Shown here: positions 1-13,061 of the stretch, in pieces
Layout: every line of letters starts with the position of its first letter
How positions within the stretch are numbered: position 1 is the stretch's first letter
Source of the DNA: Tubiluchus corallicola
Lineage: Eukaryota; Animalia; Priapulida
Assembly (NCBI GenBank): GCA_030141605.1
Contig: JAQGDQ010000051.1
Coordinates: 434,001-498,000, forward strand
Length of the DNA stretch: 64,000 nt
Direction of reading: 5' to 3'
Program-made: the position numbers and the translations under genes
Notes under the pieces: generated by a model
The model's database searches: none
Seen by the model: only the letters and a program-made list of their open reading frames with translations
What the model was told of the DNA's origin: nothing

Positions 1-182
1 GAAGATAAATTACAGCGCTTTAAGCGTCACAGCGGAGGCGGAGCGATAGACCAATATGTTTGACGTCAATTATATAGTACGCTGTATCAATCAACGCTGT
101 ATAAAACATGTAAATTTAAACTCCCGTGATGACCGCTAGACGCAGCCATTTTGAGTCATTTGAAACAGGTTTAGATAACAAT

Positions 183-649
183 GAGTAAAGTTTTAAAAAA
201 AGAATCAGAGCATTCGTGGCGCAAATTTTAAATTACTGTATCTTGTCAATGAGATTAAAAATAGAATATTTGTTAGCGAGTGGTGCACCATGAAGCGAAG
301 CCAATTAGCGAAAGCATTCTAAATAATTAATAATTTTCTTTCCTAGTTACACAAGTTTTTCAAGCAGGTAAGCGAAATGCTAAGTAACATAACTTTGGAA
401 AGCTTTTTGGGACATAGTTTAACATTTGCTTTTCTTCCCCTGATAACGCTTGTGTAGGTGACGTTATATAATGGCGCGGTCGGAACAGGGTCGCGGGAAA
501 TTTAAAATGAAGACAAACAAAAAATCCTTTCAACGCAAGTACGATGTACGCATAAAATTGTTATATAAGTACATAAAATACGCATAAGTAATATAATTGT
601 TAAATGCGATTTTTCTGAAACCTACTTCCGGTAACCTTTTTCTTGTCCT
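183..649. mobile_element. Kolobok-like non-autonomous DNA element, right end (copy 1; may extend left past window start)
   Basis: Aligns by eye with 3990-4460 and partly 841-1120 (AATCAGAGCATTCGT..., CGATTTTTCTGAAACCTACTTC); ends GTCCT|TTAA. Confidence 0.55.
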
Positions 650-840
650 TTAAAGTAGTAAGAAGCTGTTATCAGCTGTTGGAAGAAGACTTCTTGTCTG
701 GATTGTTTTTAAAATGCAATTTGCGGATTTGCAATAAATTTTGACAGTAGTAAAATAGGGTAGTATTTTCTGCTATAGCAGTTTGTAATGCTGAAGAAAA
801 AACAAAAACTGGACGAAAATTTTTTACAAACGAGAAAAAA

Positions 841-1120
841 TAATCAGAGCATTAGCAAATGCTCTCTTCACTGACTAAGCAAATGTATAAATTACTTTAT
901 ACTGTCAGTGAGATCAACAATGTGTTTTTGATGAACCAGTGGTGCACACTGGGAAGGTGAGTCAGTACTGTTTACCAGTTGGCACGAACATTTTTAAATC
1001 ATTAAGAATTTTCAAACAGGTAAGCGTAGTGCTAAGTAATGTAACTATGAGAAGAAAGTTCTTGAGGATATACTTGCTTTTTTCCTTTAAATACGCACAC
1101 GGGGTCAGCAAACGATCTGT
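841..1120. repeat. Diverged partial copy of the same dispersed repeat
   Basis: TAATCAGAGCATT..., GTGGTGCAC, TGGCACGAACATTTT, GCTAAGTAA shared with the other two copies. Confidence 0.55.
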
Positions 1121-1490
1121 ATAGGATATATAATTAAATACAATGTAAAATGAAAAAATTAATACAGTTCAGCAAATCAAAAAACAAAGAAGCTTGCCTA
1201 ATCCAATCCAAGTTCGTTGTCGGAAGATAATTGCTTGATAATAGCTTGAGAATGGCTTGGTAATGGTTTAATGATAGTTCAAAGAAACAATACTCAAAAT
1301 CTACTTCGCCTTGGAAAGATTGAGCTGAGAAAACAAGAACATAATAAACCTATATTGTGTCATATCATTTCCAGTGGTGTCGGTGACGATGGCAATGGCA
1401 GTGGTAGTAGTAGTAGTAATAGTTTATAGTTAACATTTATAGTTAAAACATCACAACTTTATTAAAACTTTTAATTTACATTTAATTTTA

Positions 1491-2095
1491 TATTAAGAGC
1501 TCTTATTTTTCAGATCCAAACTCACTACGTTATAATAAATACGGTAAATTTCAGTATTTTCTTGTTTAACTTTAAAAATTGAAATTGTCCTACAGTAATT
1601 ACATACACACTTGTGTCAGTAAGGAAATAATTAGGCATGAATGCTTTGTTAAATCACAATTATTTACTTGCCTTAACTCTTATCTATTTTGTCAATAGTG
1701 TTCCTATAATTATAAATAGTCAGTAATTATAAAAACAGTTAAGAGCACGTCTTTAAATACAAATTTTATGCTACTAAAAAACATTTATAGTTAAAACACC
1801 ACAACTTTATTAAAAATTTTAAATTACATCAGTGATCATCAGCGATAAATTTTTACAAACACAAAACGAGTTTATATATATTGTTGTACGTTTGTAAAAA
1901 ATTACCACCAACGATGACAGCAGTAGCTCTGTCAAAACGTTTGACATGATTTTTTAACTATGTAATTTAAAATTTTAATAAAGTTGTGTTGTTTTAACTA
2001 TAAATGTCTTTAAGTAATATAAAATTTAAGTAGTGAAATTTACCGATTTATTATAACGTAGTGAGTTTGGATCTGAAAAATAGGAGCTCTTAATA
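1491..2095. mobile_element. Fold-back / MITE-like element with long inverted arms
   Basis: 1491-1553 is the reverse complement of ~2033-2095; 1761-1829 of ~1960-2027; central TTTTACAAAC...GTTTGTAAAA palindrome. Confidence 0.75.
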
Positions 2096-3365
2096 TCAAC
2101 ATTTTTACCATTTCACGTCAGATTTGATACGAATGTACAGCTCTGTGTCGCATGCCTAGTCCTGTGTATTCCAGACTCAACGACAAGCGGACATTTACAA
2201 AAATCTGCCTTTATCTTAAAAACCATTTGCGATGTTCACACATAATGGCGTAATTTAAATTTAAATAGCAACATTTTTCACAACTGTATTGCTTTTTCTA
2301 CAGCATAAAGATCGGCTTCCTTGCGACACTGAAAACACGTTTATTCATTCATCAATTCTTATAATTATAACTATTTTTTATGAGAAATATATGACATAAT
2401 CTTGAATAATATGAAAAACCGAAACTTTTTTAAAGAAACTCAGCAAACCCAAAGACAAACACTAGAAAAAAACTGAGCATTTCTCTATACCTTACAGCTT
2501 TCTCTAGAAGAGAGTTTAAGACCAAAAAGTAAAACGTCTTTTTTTTTTTAAAATTATATTAGTAAATGTTCCACGTGGAACGAAAAGTAAAAAAACGTGA
2601 TATTTATGTTTTAATTGGATGATTTTTATCCAAGAATTAACCAAAAACAGCACAGTAAAATTGTGACGTGTTCTTATCTGTGGCTAACATTTTAATGTTT
2701 GGTCTTACTAAGATTTCCCTTATTATTTAAGCGGGCTTATCACGAGGTAGAAGTTATGTAATGTGGGATTTTGCTTTGTTCACATGGTTATCTAAACTGA
2801 TGCTCATTTAAAAAACGTTTGTTTTAGTATTCACTAATTATTCAACTGTTGTGGCTGTACCTTGCAAACGTTACAAAAATCGCCACGTGCATGTGCAGCC
2901 ATGTTGAAAATTTAAAAATGTATTTTCTTACCTCAGAAATTTGCACTATTATACTACATTATATAAGCCATTAATAATTACTTAAGATATGCACAATAAT
3001 AATAACCAAATCACAGAGAAAAATAAGTTGTATTCATGTAAGATTAAAATGTTAATAGTATATTCACAGTAGGTATAAAAGAAGCTATCTTACTTACGTC
3101 GCTTAAACTAAGGAGATTGTACGTCACTTGTCCCTTGCTTTGTACGTAGCTTGGTTTCGGACCGGTCCATTTCAGTCAAGAAAACTTGGCGTCGTTAGTT
3201 CTTAAATTGCTCCTATAACAGAGCACGTGTTGTATAGAGTTAGGCTGATCTGTAAAGTTGCTCAGCAGGTGGTCTAGGTAACGTGGGTATGTCAATACTA
3301 AGCATGTATGTATTCCTGACTATAATATAGCTTATATTTTGACAGGTTAATCATGGCCGCCAAGC

Positions 3366-3705
<340 letters not shown>

Positions 3706-3989
3706 ATCTTTATAATTCACTAATCAATCTTGCATTTCAGAGTATAGAACACGGTCTTAACGTTCACTTTGCAAGCGAAAGATCCCCACTTTTTCTTTCG
3801 GACACGACAAATGGATTGTTTCAGTGAGAAAAGACAATGGACACTTATCCCGACAAGTCGCAAATAAACTGTCATCTATCTACATAGGTCAAGAATTTAT
3901 TTACGTCAAAACAGCATTTATGTATTCAATTTGTTTATTACGCGTATAAACACACATATGTATGATTTGAAACAAGTTCATGTAATACT

Positions 3990-4460
3990 GAGTAAAGTTT
4001 GAATATATAATCAGAGCATTCGTAGCGCACACGCCACTAACTAAGTAAAATCTTAAATTATTGTATCTTGTCAGTCAGATTAAAAATACATTTCTGGTTA
4101 GTGAGTGGCGCACCTGGGAGGGTGAGCCAGCGACATTTTACCCATTGGCACGAACATTTTAAATTATTTTTTCTAGTTACGCAAGTCTTTCCAGTGGGCA
4201 AGCAAAATGCTAAGTAATATAGATTTGCATTGAAAGTTTTTTGGGTCATAATTTAACATTACCTTTTCTTCCCCTGATTTACGTTCGCGTAAGTGACGTC
4301 ATGTAATAACGCCATCGGAACAGTACTGCGGGAGATTTAAAATGAAAACAAACAAAAATTCCTTTAATGTGAGCACGATATATGCATGAAATTGCTGTAA
4401 AGTAATATAATTTTTTAAGGCGATTTTTCTGAAACCTACTTCAGGTACATTTTTTGTGCT
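3990..4460. mobile_element. Kolobok-like non-autonomous element, right end (copy 2)
   Basis: Collinear with 183-649; ends GTGCT|TTAA at the same point. Confidence 0.55.
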
Positions 4461-5000
4461 TTAAGTAGTGCTTGGCAAACATAGTCTAACTGTGTAAGTT
4501 AGGATTATTTGTTATCCAGTTTCTCGTCTCTTATGTAAAATTTATCTCTAACGGTCTCATTGTTTAGGTCATTAACAAAGATAAACTGTTCACTTTCACG
4601 CATATTTGCAAAAGAAGGAAATATTTTTTCAGGCAAAGAAGGATTTAGTAAAATTTAAACTGATAATTTACATATATAAAACCAAACATTTAGTACATAC
4701 GTATAGACAGACACCCTAAGTCTCAGCCAATTGAATTCAAAGAGTTGCAGCCCTTTAAATTGCCAGCGTCGTCAAAACAAAGATATGGGCAGGCAAATAC
4801 CAAAAACCCATATTGGTTCCTTTAAACGCTGTGCAAACGAAGCCGTAAGTCGTGCAGGCGTATGTAATACATCATTCGATTGGCCCAAAAATTTAGTATC
4901 AGATACACTGTGCCAAAATTATACGAGTGTTTCGTTTAGCCACAAAATGGCGATAAGTAGTAGCCTAGTTAAAGCAGTTAGTACTTAAGTAGTAGTAGTA

Positions 5001-5718
5001 CACTTCGCCAGTGCATCTTTCGCCATTTTGTCATTTCGTCAGTTGATAATAGAAATACTGCAATACAAATTGAAAGTCATGCCACTCATGTTTGTCAAGA
5101 TAACCCCAAAATATACTTTACCAATTTGCATTCTTTTTAAAGCTAGTCCTAGAACAATGTGCCAAGTGATACCTGTTAAACAGTAATACAGCAACCTTGC
5201 AATGTGTTCTAACGTGCGATAGCTTCTCGGCCTAGTAAGCCGAAAACGTCTCCATCTCGAGTGTCAGCCACGTGATTCCGGAAGGCTTTCTTTAAAAGAT
5301 GTGTCTTCCCAAATTAGGTATTTCGACACCTTCGTCTCATATATTAAAGGAAACATCTCGTTTATGCGAATTTGAAAATAATAGCAGGTCCTAATGTCGA
5401 TTTTCGACCGGACATCTTATTTACTGCAGTGTTGCAGCTAAACGAAACTCGACTTGCAACTTTGACACGGTACATCTATGTTTCATTGCAAATCGAATGA
5501 CATATAGCAAGCCTCTGTAGGACTTACGTCTTTCATTCACAAAGCGCTTAAATGAACCATGCGATTCCTAATGTCAATGGAGACTTCAAAGTCAGTTAAG
5601 TCTTCAGAGTTAGTCAGAGATTACATTGGCGAAAATACAGACACTTGCGAAAAGATGCACTGGCGAAAAGATGCACTGGCAAAAAGATTTACTTGCGAAA
5701 ACGTAGACTGGCGAAGTG
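5001..5718. mobile_element. MITE-like element with ~16-bp subterminal tandem repeats
   Basis: CACTTCGCCAGTGCATCTTTCGCCA (5001) is inverted relative to the array of TGGCGAAAAGATGCAC units ending CTGGCGAAGTG (5627-5718). Confidence 0.65.
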
Positions 5719-6229
5719 GATGATTACCAAAACGATGCCTAACCGGTTACGTTATAAAGTGTGGGCGAGTAGGATTGTGCTTGTTTATAATCAATGTTGC
5801 AATGATTATATTCACTTTATGATATACTTCTGTATAATAGTGGTTTTGCGTAAACTAACACTTCTGTCGTATACCCAACATTGCAACTTTATCTTTGACT
5901 TTTTATAAGATATGACGATGCATGATATAAAAAATAGTAACTGCCCAGTGCACAGTGAATAAAATTATTATTTTTAAATAGTAAACCGGAAAACATAGTA
6001 AGCTGAATGATGAAGATTTTGTCAAAGAACTTGATTCTGATGATCCATGTCTGTTGAAACATGTTGTGTTGAAACACAAGCTACGTACTCTGATGTACAC
6101 TTGAATGGGTACACCTGCCATCAGTGTTGTAATTTTGAACTGATGGTGCTGATTCACTAGTTCATTTCATCTTATAAAACAATGTTACAGAAACCAAAGT
6201 ATCAGATTACTTTTATAAAATAAACTTGC

Positions 6230-6332
6230 CATAGTTGCTATGCAACGCTGATAAAAAATGGTCTCGTAGTGGATCGAACCATCACAATGTGGGGGTATGG
6301 GTGAAAATAAATAGCCCTTCGCCGTCGTAACA
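6230..6332 (+). repeat. 3' fragment of the LTR family also present at 11350-11960
   Basis: GGATCGAACCATCACAATGT...TTCGCC..CGTAACA shared with 11470-11561 and 11866-11960. Confidence 0.65.
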
Positions 6333-6339
6333 GTAATAT

Positions 6340-7170
6340 AGAGATAAATTTGGTGCCAGACAATATGGTGGCGTGGCTGTTTTTATAAAGAATGAATTAC
6401 GCAAACGCATTCAATTTTTGGAGAAAATTTGTAACGATTTTATGTGGTTAAAACTGCGGAAACAGTTTTTTAGTTTTGAACAAGATAATTTCCTCTGTGG
6501 TGTTTATATATCACCACAAATTTTTTCTTATGCATGCCGTATGTAGGGTGAACTTAATGCATATAATTTGTTAAAAGCAGATATTGCAGTGTTAAGCAAT
6601 GTGGGCGTTGTAATATTAATGTGAGATTTTGATTCTCGTACAACCGATAATTTAGATTTTATTGAATTTGATGAGAATGATTCTTATTTACCCTTGCCAA
6701 ATGAGTACAAAATAGACCTGCGGAGCGTCTATAGGCAATCTACTGATTCTCACTCTGTAGACTAGTGTTGTCATAAGTTATTAGACATTTGCAAATCGAA
6801 TCAACTGAGGATATTAACTCTAGGTGATAATATTGGCAGGTGTATTTCTTTTAGGTATAATGGTGCAAACACAATAGACTGTGGTATTGTATCTTATAAT
6901 ATTTTAGATAATTTTGTTAACCACTTTTCTGTTAAAGAGAAGACTGTATATTCAGATCATAGTTGTATACAAATGCTTTTAGATACAACCTTTTTCTGTA
7001 ACTCTGAGAACACTATTTCTAATAACTCACATGACCTGTGACAGCTGCCAAAATTAGTTGAATGGACGAACAGTTTAAGTTTTCTAATGCATTAGCAAGT
7101 GATAACATCCAAAATATACTAAGGCAGGTTAACAACATGAAATTTACAGGGTCGGAATGTGACTTCAGTC
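6340..7170 (+). pseudogene. Decayed LINE, APE endonuclease region (RTEX/CR1-group)
   Basis: GGVAVFIKNEL...DFMWLKL...FLCGVYISP, *DFDSRT (GDFN-like), IDCGIV, SDHSCI; stops and frameshifts. Confidence 0.8.
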
Positions 7171-7179
7171 AAGCTGTAG

Positions 7180-10100
7180 ACCGGGAGCACAGAGCACTTT
7201 AAGGCAAAATTCGAGCACAAAAGGTTTGAGTAGCTAAACAGAATGCACAAAGGTCAAGTTTCAAAAATATGTTTTTCTTGTGTTGTGCAACCTGTCATGA
7301 GAGGCCAATGGTCACGTAAAAGAAGTAAAAAAATAACCATTTATTGCAAAATTTAAGCACAAGAAAATTTTGTACGCCAGTGTATAAAGCATGGTCAGTA
7401 GTGCTTAGATTCATGGTCAAGGCAAAAAATAACAGTCATAAGTGGACACAAGACAAACTTGACCGTTGGCCAGTGGCCACTATTTCACATAAATTAGAGC
7501 ACAAGAAAAATTTTTGTGGGAGCTTGTAGTACTTGCCCAGTACATGCTAAATCTATACTCAAGACAACAAAAATGCAGTCATAAATATCCTTCAAGCAAA
7601 AAAATGTATGCGGTCCACACCTATCATCGTTCAAAATTATAACTGAAAAAACTACAAACTTACATAAGCCTATAATATTTTCGTTACAATTTATACTGTA
7701 ATTGATTGAGCCTACATAATGGATATTTCAACATTAAAACAATAGGATTTATTTGCTCAAATAGCTTCTGCTTTATTTAAAATTTGACCAATTTACTGTA
7801 ACTGCAACAATGAACTAATTTGAAGTGCAATGCGTGCATTATAGGATTCTTTCGCCATCTGAAAATCAGTCATAATTTCAGATCACTTGTAACGACGTGT
7901 TTACTGCAAAACAAGTTTAGCCAATATTTCAATTTTGTAGACTTTGCAGTGTATTATTCATTGTGAAGATACTGCAGAAAAACAACAGAGTGAGCGGGAA
8001 CTTAAAAAATTTAGCGGCATCACTGGGAAAAGATCCAATGTTTGCCAAGCAAAGATAGAACCAAGTACAGTATGCAAAGTCAAGATATCAAAGCATTATT
8101 TCAAACTTGCCAGAAAATGCATCAGACAATGATGGTTTTCGCTTTGGCTGCTATAAGAATTTTACTGCAGTCTCGGATGGAGGAGACAAAAGGCAGAAAC
8201 CAGAAGCCAGAAGTCTTCAGCTGCGTTCATCATTTTCTTCTCCTTTCGGCAAATCTAAAAACCCAAGTGGCATTTTACCAAAGATGTACTTACTGCCTGA
8301 CAAAAAGCAAAAAAAAAACGGGCAGGCACAGTAGAAAAGCGAAATCCTTGTGAGACCGAAACAGCTGAAATGTCCATCAAGGAGGCAGCCAATTAACTAG
8401 AAGATTCCTCTTTGCTAACCAAAATTGGTGGCATAGACTTCATCGCCAAAAAATGATGTATCACAGTACCTGCAAAAGTTCACTTCTGAAAATGAGTGCT
8501 CGGGCAGAAGCGGGGTTAGCAGATAGTAGCAGATACACAATGGAAAAAATTGGATGCTGATTCTTTGAAGCAAATGTGTTCTTACATTGAGGAGAATATC
8601 AGTGGTAACAAACTACGTCTGTTTAATTTCGCTATAAAGATTACTGTGATGGAAATGGTGAAACTGCAGTTTCATCTGAATGGTAATTTAAAAAATGTTA
8701 GAAAAGCATTTTGAAGGAAGACTGACTTCTACCACCCGTCGAAAAGAAAGGGTATTGTTTTATTTAGTAGCGACATTCTACTTGGCGATGCTGTGAAGAC
8801 AGTATATGGTTACACTAGAACACCACGAGCATTAATCACAAAAGCAACATTACTACTTCGTAAAGAATTAATGTCTGTATGCAAAGAGTCCTTACCACAA
8901 CTGCTAACAATTGAGAGCCTTAAGAAAGGAGAAGGTTCACCTCCAGAACTTGTTACAATGTTTCTTTTGAGATTTTGTTTGGCAGTTTTGGGACAAAGAC
9001 CAATGACCATGATGAAATTTTGGAAAGAAGATCTCTCTCATCAGCAGAAGATGCTCTGTGCATTGTGACAAAAGGTAAAGTTAAGGTAACTCATTCTAGG
9101 ATTGGGTGTAAAAAGTATGGTTGGAAGTAAAAAACTTCTAACAGTTTTGAACCGTTTTAGTCATGCTATCAGCTACCATACTGTAGAGGAATTCAAAACC
9201 ATCAGTGCAACCTCTATTGTTCAACAAAATAAATCTTCTCTCGATGGTAATAAGCCAAACGAAATACTTGGACTTGCATTTGACAACTATGACGAATTTA
9301 CAGAAACTCTGTCTAGAAAAGACACTTTGTATGATACAGTAGGGAGTAGGGATCTTTTATCAAAATGTTTCACAGAATGTAGTAAGCAGCGAGAAAGATT
9401 AGCTCATGTTATATAATGAGAGTGTTCTTGAAAGGCAAATGGTGATGAAGTCTATGTCACCAATTTTGGCTAGCAAAGGGATATTTTCTAGTTATTAAGC
9501 TGCCTCCTTGATGGACATTTCAGTAGTTTTCATCTCACTAGCATTTAATTTTTTTACTGTGCCTACCCTCTTTTTTGCTTTTTGTCAGGCAGTACGCACA
9601 TCTTTGGTAAAATGCCATTTGAGTTTTTAGATTTGCTGAAAGGAGAAGAAAAAGATGAACGCAAGTGGAGACTTCTGGCTTCTACCTTTTGTCTCCTCCA
9701 TCTGAGACTGCAGTTAAATTCTTGTAGCAGCCAAAGTGAAAACCATCATTGTCTGATGCATTTTCAGGCAATTTTGAAATAATGCTTTGATATTTTGACT
9801 TGGCATATTGTACTTGATTCTGTGTTTGCTTGGTACATTTTTGGATCTTTTCCCAGTGATGCGGCAAAATTTTTTAAGTTCCTGTTCACTCTGCTGTTTT
9901 TCTGCAGTACCTACACTGCATGTCTACAAAATTGAAATATTGGCTAAACTTATCAAATGTTTTGCAGCAAACACGTTACAACTGATCTGAAATTATGACT
10001 GATTTTCAAACGACAAAAAATCCCATAATGCACACACTGCAAATTGTAACTAGATTGTATCTCCAATATTGAATTTATTCAAATTTGTTTATTGTGTCAG

Positions 10101-10387
10101 TTATGGTAAATTGGTCAAATTTTAAATAAAGCAAAAGCTATTTGTGCAAATAAATCCTATTGTTTTAATGCTGAAATATCCATTATGTAGGCTCAATCAA
10201 TTACAGTATTAATTGTAAGGAAAATATTATAGGCTTATGTAAGTTTGTACTTTTTCAGTTATAATTTTGAACGATGATAATAATAATAATAGGTGTGGAC
10301 AGCATACATTTTTTTGTCTTAAGGATATTTATGACTGCATTTCTTTTATCTTGAGTTAAGATTTGGCATGTACTGGACAAGTACTAC
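7180..10387. mobile_element. Decayed DNA-transposon-like element forming a fold-back (arms 7527-8449 and 9440-10387)
   Basis: Broken ORF pieces CIIHC..., CYKNFTAV, GIDFIAK, HAISYHTVEE, GLAFDNYDEFTETLSRKDTLYDTVG recall an abundant invertebrate transposon-associated protein family (superfamily uncertain); GCACAA(G)AAAA repeats at left end; interrupts the LINE. Confidence 0.65.
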
Positions 10388-10394
10388 TTAAAAA

Positions 10395-11260
10395 AATTAC
10401 AGACAAAGAGGCCATTGACTGAGCTAGATTTTCGAATCACAAATAACAAGATTCTAAAAGCTGTAAAAAAAATGTTGAATTTAAGAAAGTCACGGGCATC
10501 CTAAAATTGGTGTGCCCTTGTTTATCCATCCGTTAAACAAATTATTTAATTTAATTCTTACCAGTTGGTATTTCCCAAAAGTATGGGCTGAGAGTCTACC
10601 TGTACCTATCCATAAATCAGGATACAAGGCTGTAGCGGATAGCCCTATAGGCTGAATAGGCTGAAGCCTAAGGCCCGGGATCAAAAGGGGCCCGGCAAAA
10701 TAAAACGAAAAATTTTTTTTTGTAAAAAAATAAATTGACAAAAGAGCAAGGGGCCCGCCAAAATAAAATATAGAAAAAAGTTTTTTTTTCAGTCAGTCAG
10801 TCACTATATTTCAAATCGGGTTTACACAAATCAAGTTTACACAATTTAAGTTTACGTAATTCAAGTTTACACAATTTAAGTTTACACAATTCACGTTTAC
10901 ACAGTTTAAGTTTAAGTTCAAAATTTCCGAATTTTTTTCAGTCTCCACAAAAACACGTCAGCTCAGCAGTGTAGCAACATTTAAAAGGCCCGTTCCAAGC
11001 TCAAGCCTAAGGCCCATAAAATCATAATCCGCCGCTGATACAAGGGCAAACCTGATAACTATAGAGGAATTTCCCTCTCTAGCTGTCTAGGAAAGTTATT
11101 AACCAGAATATTAAATTAAAGATTAAACCTATATCTAGAAAATAATGAGCTTATAAAAAAAAGAACAAATCAGCTTTCGTAAAGGTTATAGAACAGCTGA
11201 TTGCATATTTGCGCTTAAAACAGTTGTCAATAACACGTTAATAACTTACGGCGCTTTTGT
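10395..11260 (+). pseudogene. Decayed LINE, N-terminal RT region (interrupted by hAT MITE)
   Basis: LDFRIT..., LNKLFNLILTSWYFPKVWAESLPVPIHKSG / PDNYRGISLSSCLGKLLTRILN, QISFRKGYRTADCIFALKTV. Confidence 0.85.
10630..11037. mobile_element. hAT-type MITE with 8-bp TSD
   Basis: TSD ATACAAGG at 10622-10629 and 11038-11045; termini CTGTAGCGGAT / ATCCGCCGCTG; internal 15-bp AAGTTTACACAATTT array (10819-10915); removal rejoins the LINE RT. Confidence 0.85.
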
Positions 11261-11349
11261 AAGTTAATACTATCCCTAGTATTAAAACCTTAAAAGGTAA
11301 CGGTATGAAATGTACGAATTTACTGCGCCAGGCTATTTTCTTATGATAT

Positions 11350-11960
11350 TGTAACGAAGAGCGGATATGCTGCACTCCATGTCGGTTTTCATTACGGAGC
11401 AGGTGCTGAGATGGAAGATGGAGCTGCGCGCCAGTCCACTGAACCGACGAGGCAATTTCATATCATCTACTTATAGCGCTGCCATGCAATTTCTTCGTAA
11501 TGGATTGAACCATCACAATGTAGGGGGTGGGACGAAGTTAATGGCATTTCGCCCCCGTAACATTGTCGTCCTTTACAGAAAATGGTTCGTCCTCGAACTA
11601 GAATGAAGCACACAGAAGAAGAAATATTTTTTTGATTGAAAAATAAATGTACAAGTTTTACAGGAGTACAAAATTTCTGTTGTACAATGCCTAAAAAGTT
11701 TTTGCTATTTAAGGGCATAACGCTTTGCTCAGTCCGGGCCGGATTCAGCAGGCGGTCTCGAGGACTTCTGGGCTTCAATTTGCCGTGAAAGTTGATGTCC
11801 GAGTACGTGCGTCTCGCTTGCAAGGTTGGTGTTCCTCAACCAGATGGCTGGAGTAGGTCCGCAGCTTATAGCTGCTATGCAATTTCTTCGTCATGGATCG
11901 AACCATCACAATGTAGCTTTGTGGGACGAAAATAAATGGCATTTTTTCGCCCCCGTAACA
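11350..11960 (+). mobile_element. Solo LTR with internally duplicated 3' end
   Basis: TGTAACG...CGTAACA termini, 4-bp TSD ATAT on both sides; 11470-11561 repeats 11866-11960. Confidence 0.7.
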
Positions 11961-12089
11961 ATATTAATCTGCGAGTAGCAATTAGAATTTTTGAGTTGTC
12001 ATCAGGCCTATATGTTTGTATGCTACATGCTTGCCATATTATTCTAATTTTCGAAGAATAGTGAAATAATCTAATTTAGAATCATGTAA

Positions 12090-13061
12090 TGACGTGTTGA
12101 AATCTGAAAGTGTTAATCTAAAATGTGTCACTTGTTGTTGAATGTTGGTTCTGGTACAGTTAGAAATGCTGTGAGAGGTGAACTAGGTAAATTTCCGTTG
12201 TTTATTAATGCAGTCAAAAATTGTTTGAATTTGTGGCTCCCTCTCTTGGAGGCACCAGATAATAGCCTCGCAAAAGATGCTTATGTTCTTTCTAAAGACA
12301 TTCGCGAAAGTGGTGGACTTTCGTGGGCTACGTTCATTAAAACTGTTTTGTTTGATCTGGGTTTGGGAGCACCAAGGTACATTTCATAGAAAGAAATTTG
12401 TCGAAGCCATCAATGATAAACTGGAATCTTGGTATAGACAGTACTGGCAGCAGGAAATGAACCGGGCTGCACCGAATGAAAATAGGAATAAACTTAGAAC
12501 GTATAAGCTTTTTAAAAATTCTTATAAGATGGAAAATTAGTTGTTAATTGGTATTTAGTAACATGTCAAAACTAACTTAACAAGATTTCGTATTAGTGCT
12601 CATAAATTAGCAATTGAAGTCAGTAGATATCATAAGCAGAAAAATACCTGTGGAACAACGAGTATGTAAAAATTGTTGTTTGACCAAAGTAGAGGATGAA
12701 TTGCATGTAATTATTGAATGCCCACTGTACGCTAACATAAGAGAATGTTTTTTGTATTCTTGCTGATATCTGTCCTGACTTTCAATATAATTAAGTTTCC
12801 TAATGAGCAGTTAGTGTTTTAAAATGCGTCACAAGTTTACACGTCAGGCTGAATAAGAGTGAAAATTTTATATGCAACAGCATTTTAAACAGTGATGTAA
12901 ACTTTTCTTCTGTAATTAGACGCCATTGGCGTAGTTTGTTATATCGTTAATTGTTATTTGTGTTATTGTTGTGTGTCACGATCTATTGTATTATTTGTAT
13001 TAATTTGTGATGTGTATATGAACTTTGTAAAGTTTGAAATAAAATATTAAATCAAATCAAA
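12090..13061 (+). pseudogene. Decayed LINE C-terminus, 3' UTR and tail (RTEX-like)
   Basis: NAVRGELGKFPL, NKLRTYKLFK, TRFRISAHKLAIEVSRY, RVCKNCCLTKVEDELHVIIECPLYANIRE (C-terminal Cys/His knuckle); AATAAA then (AAATC)n tail. Confidence 0.85.
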
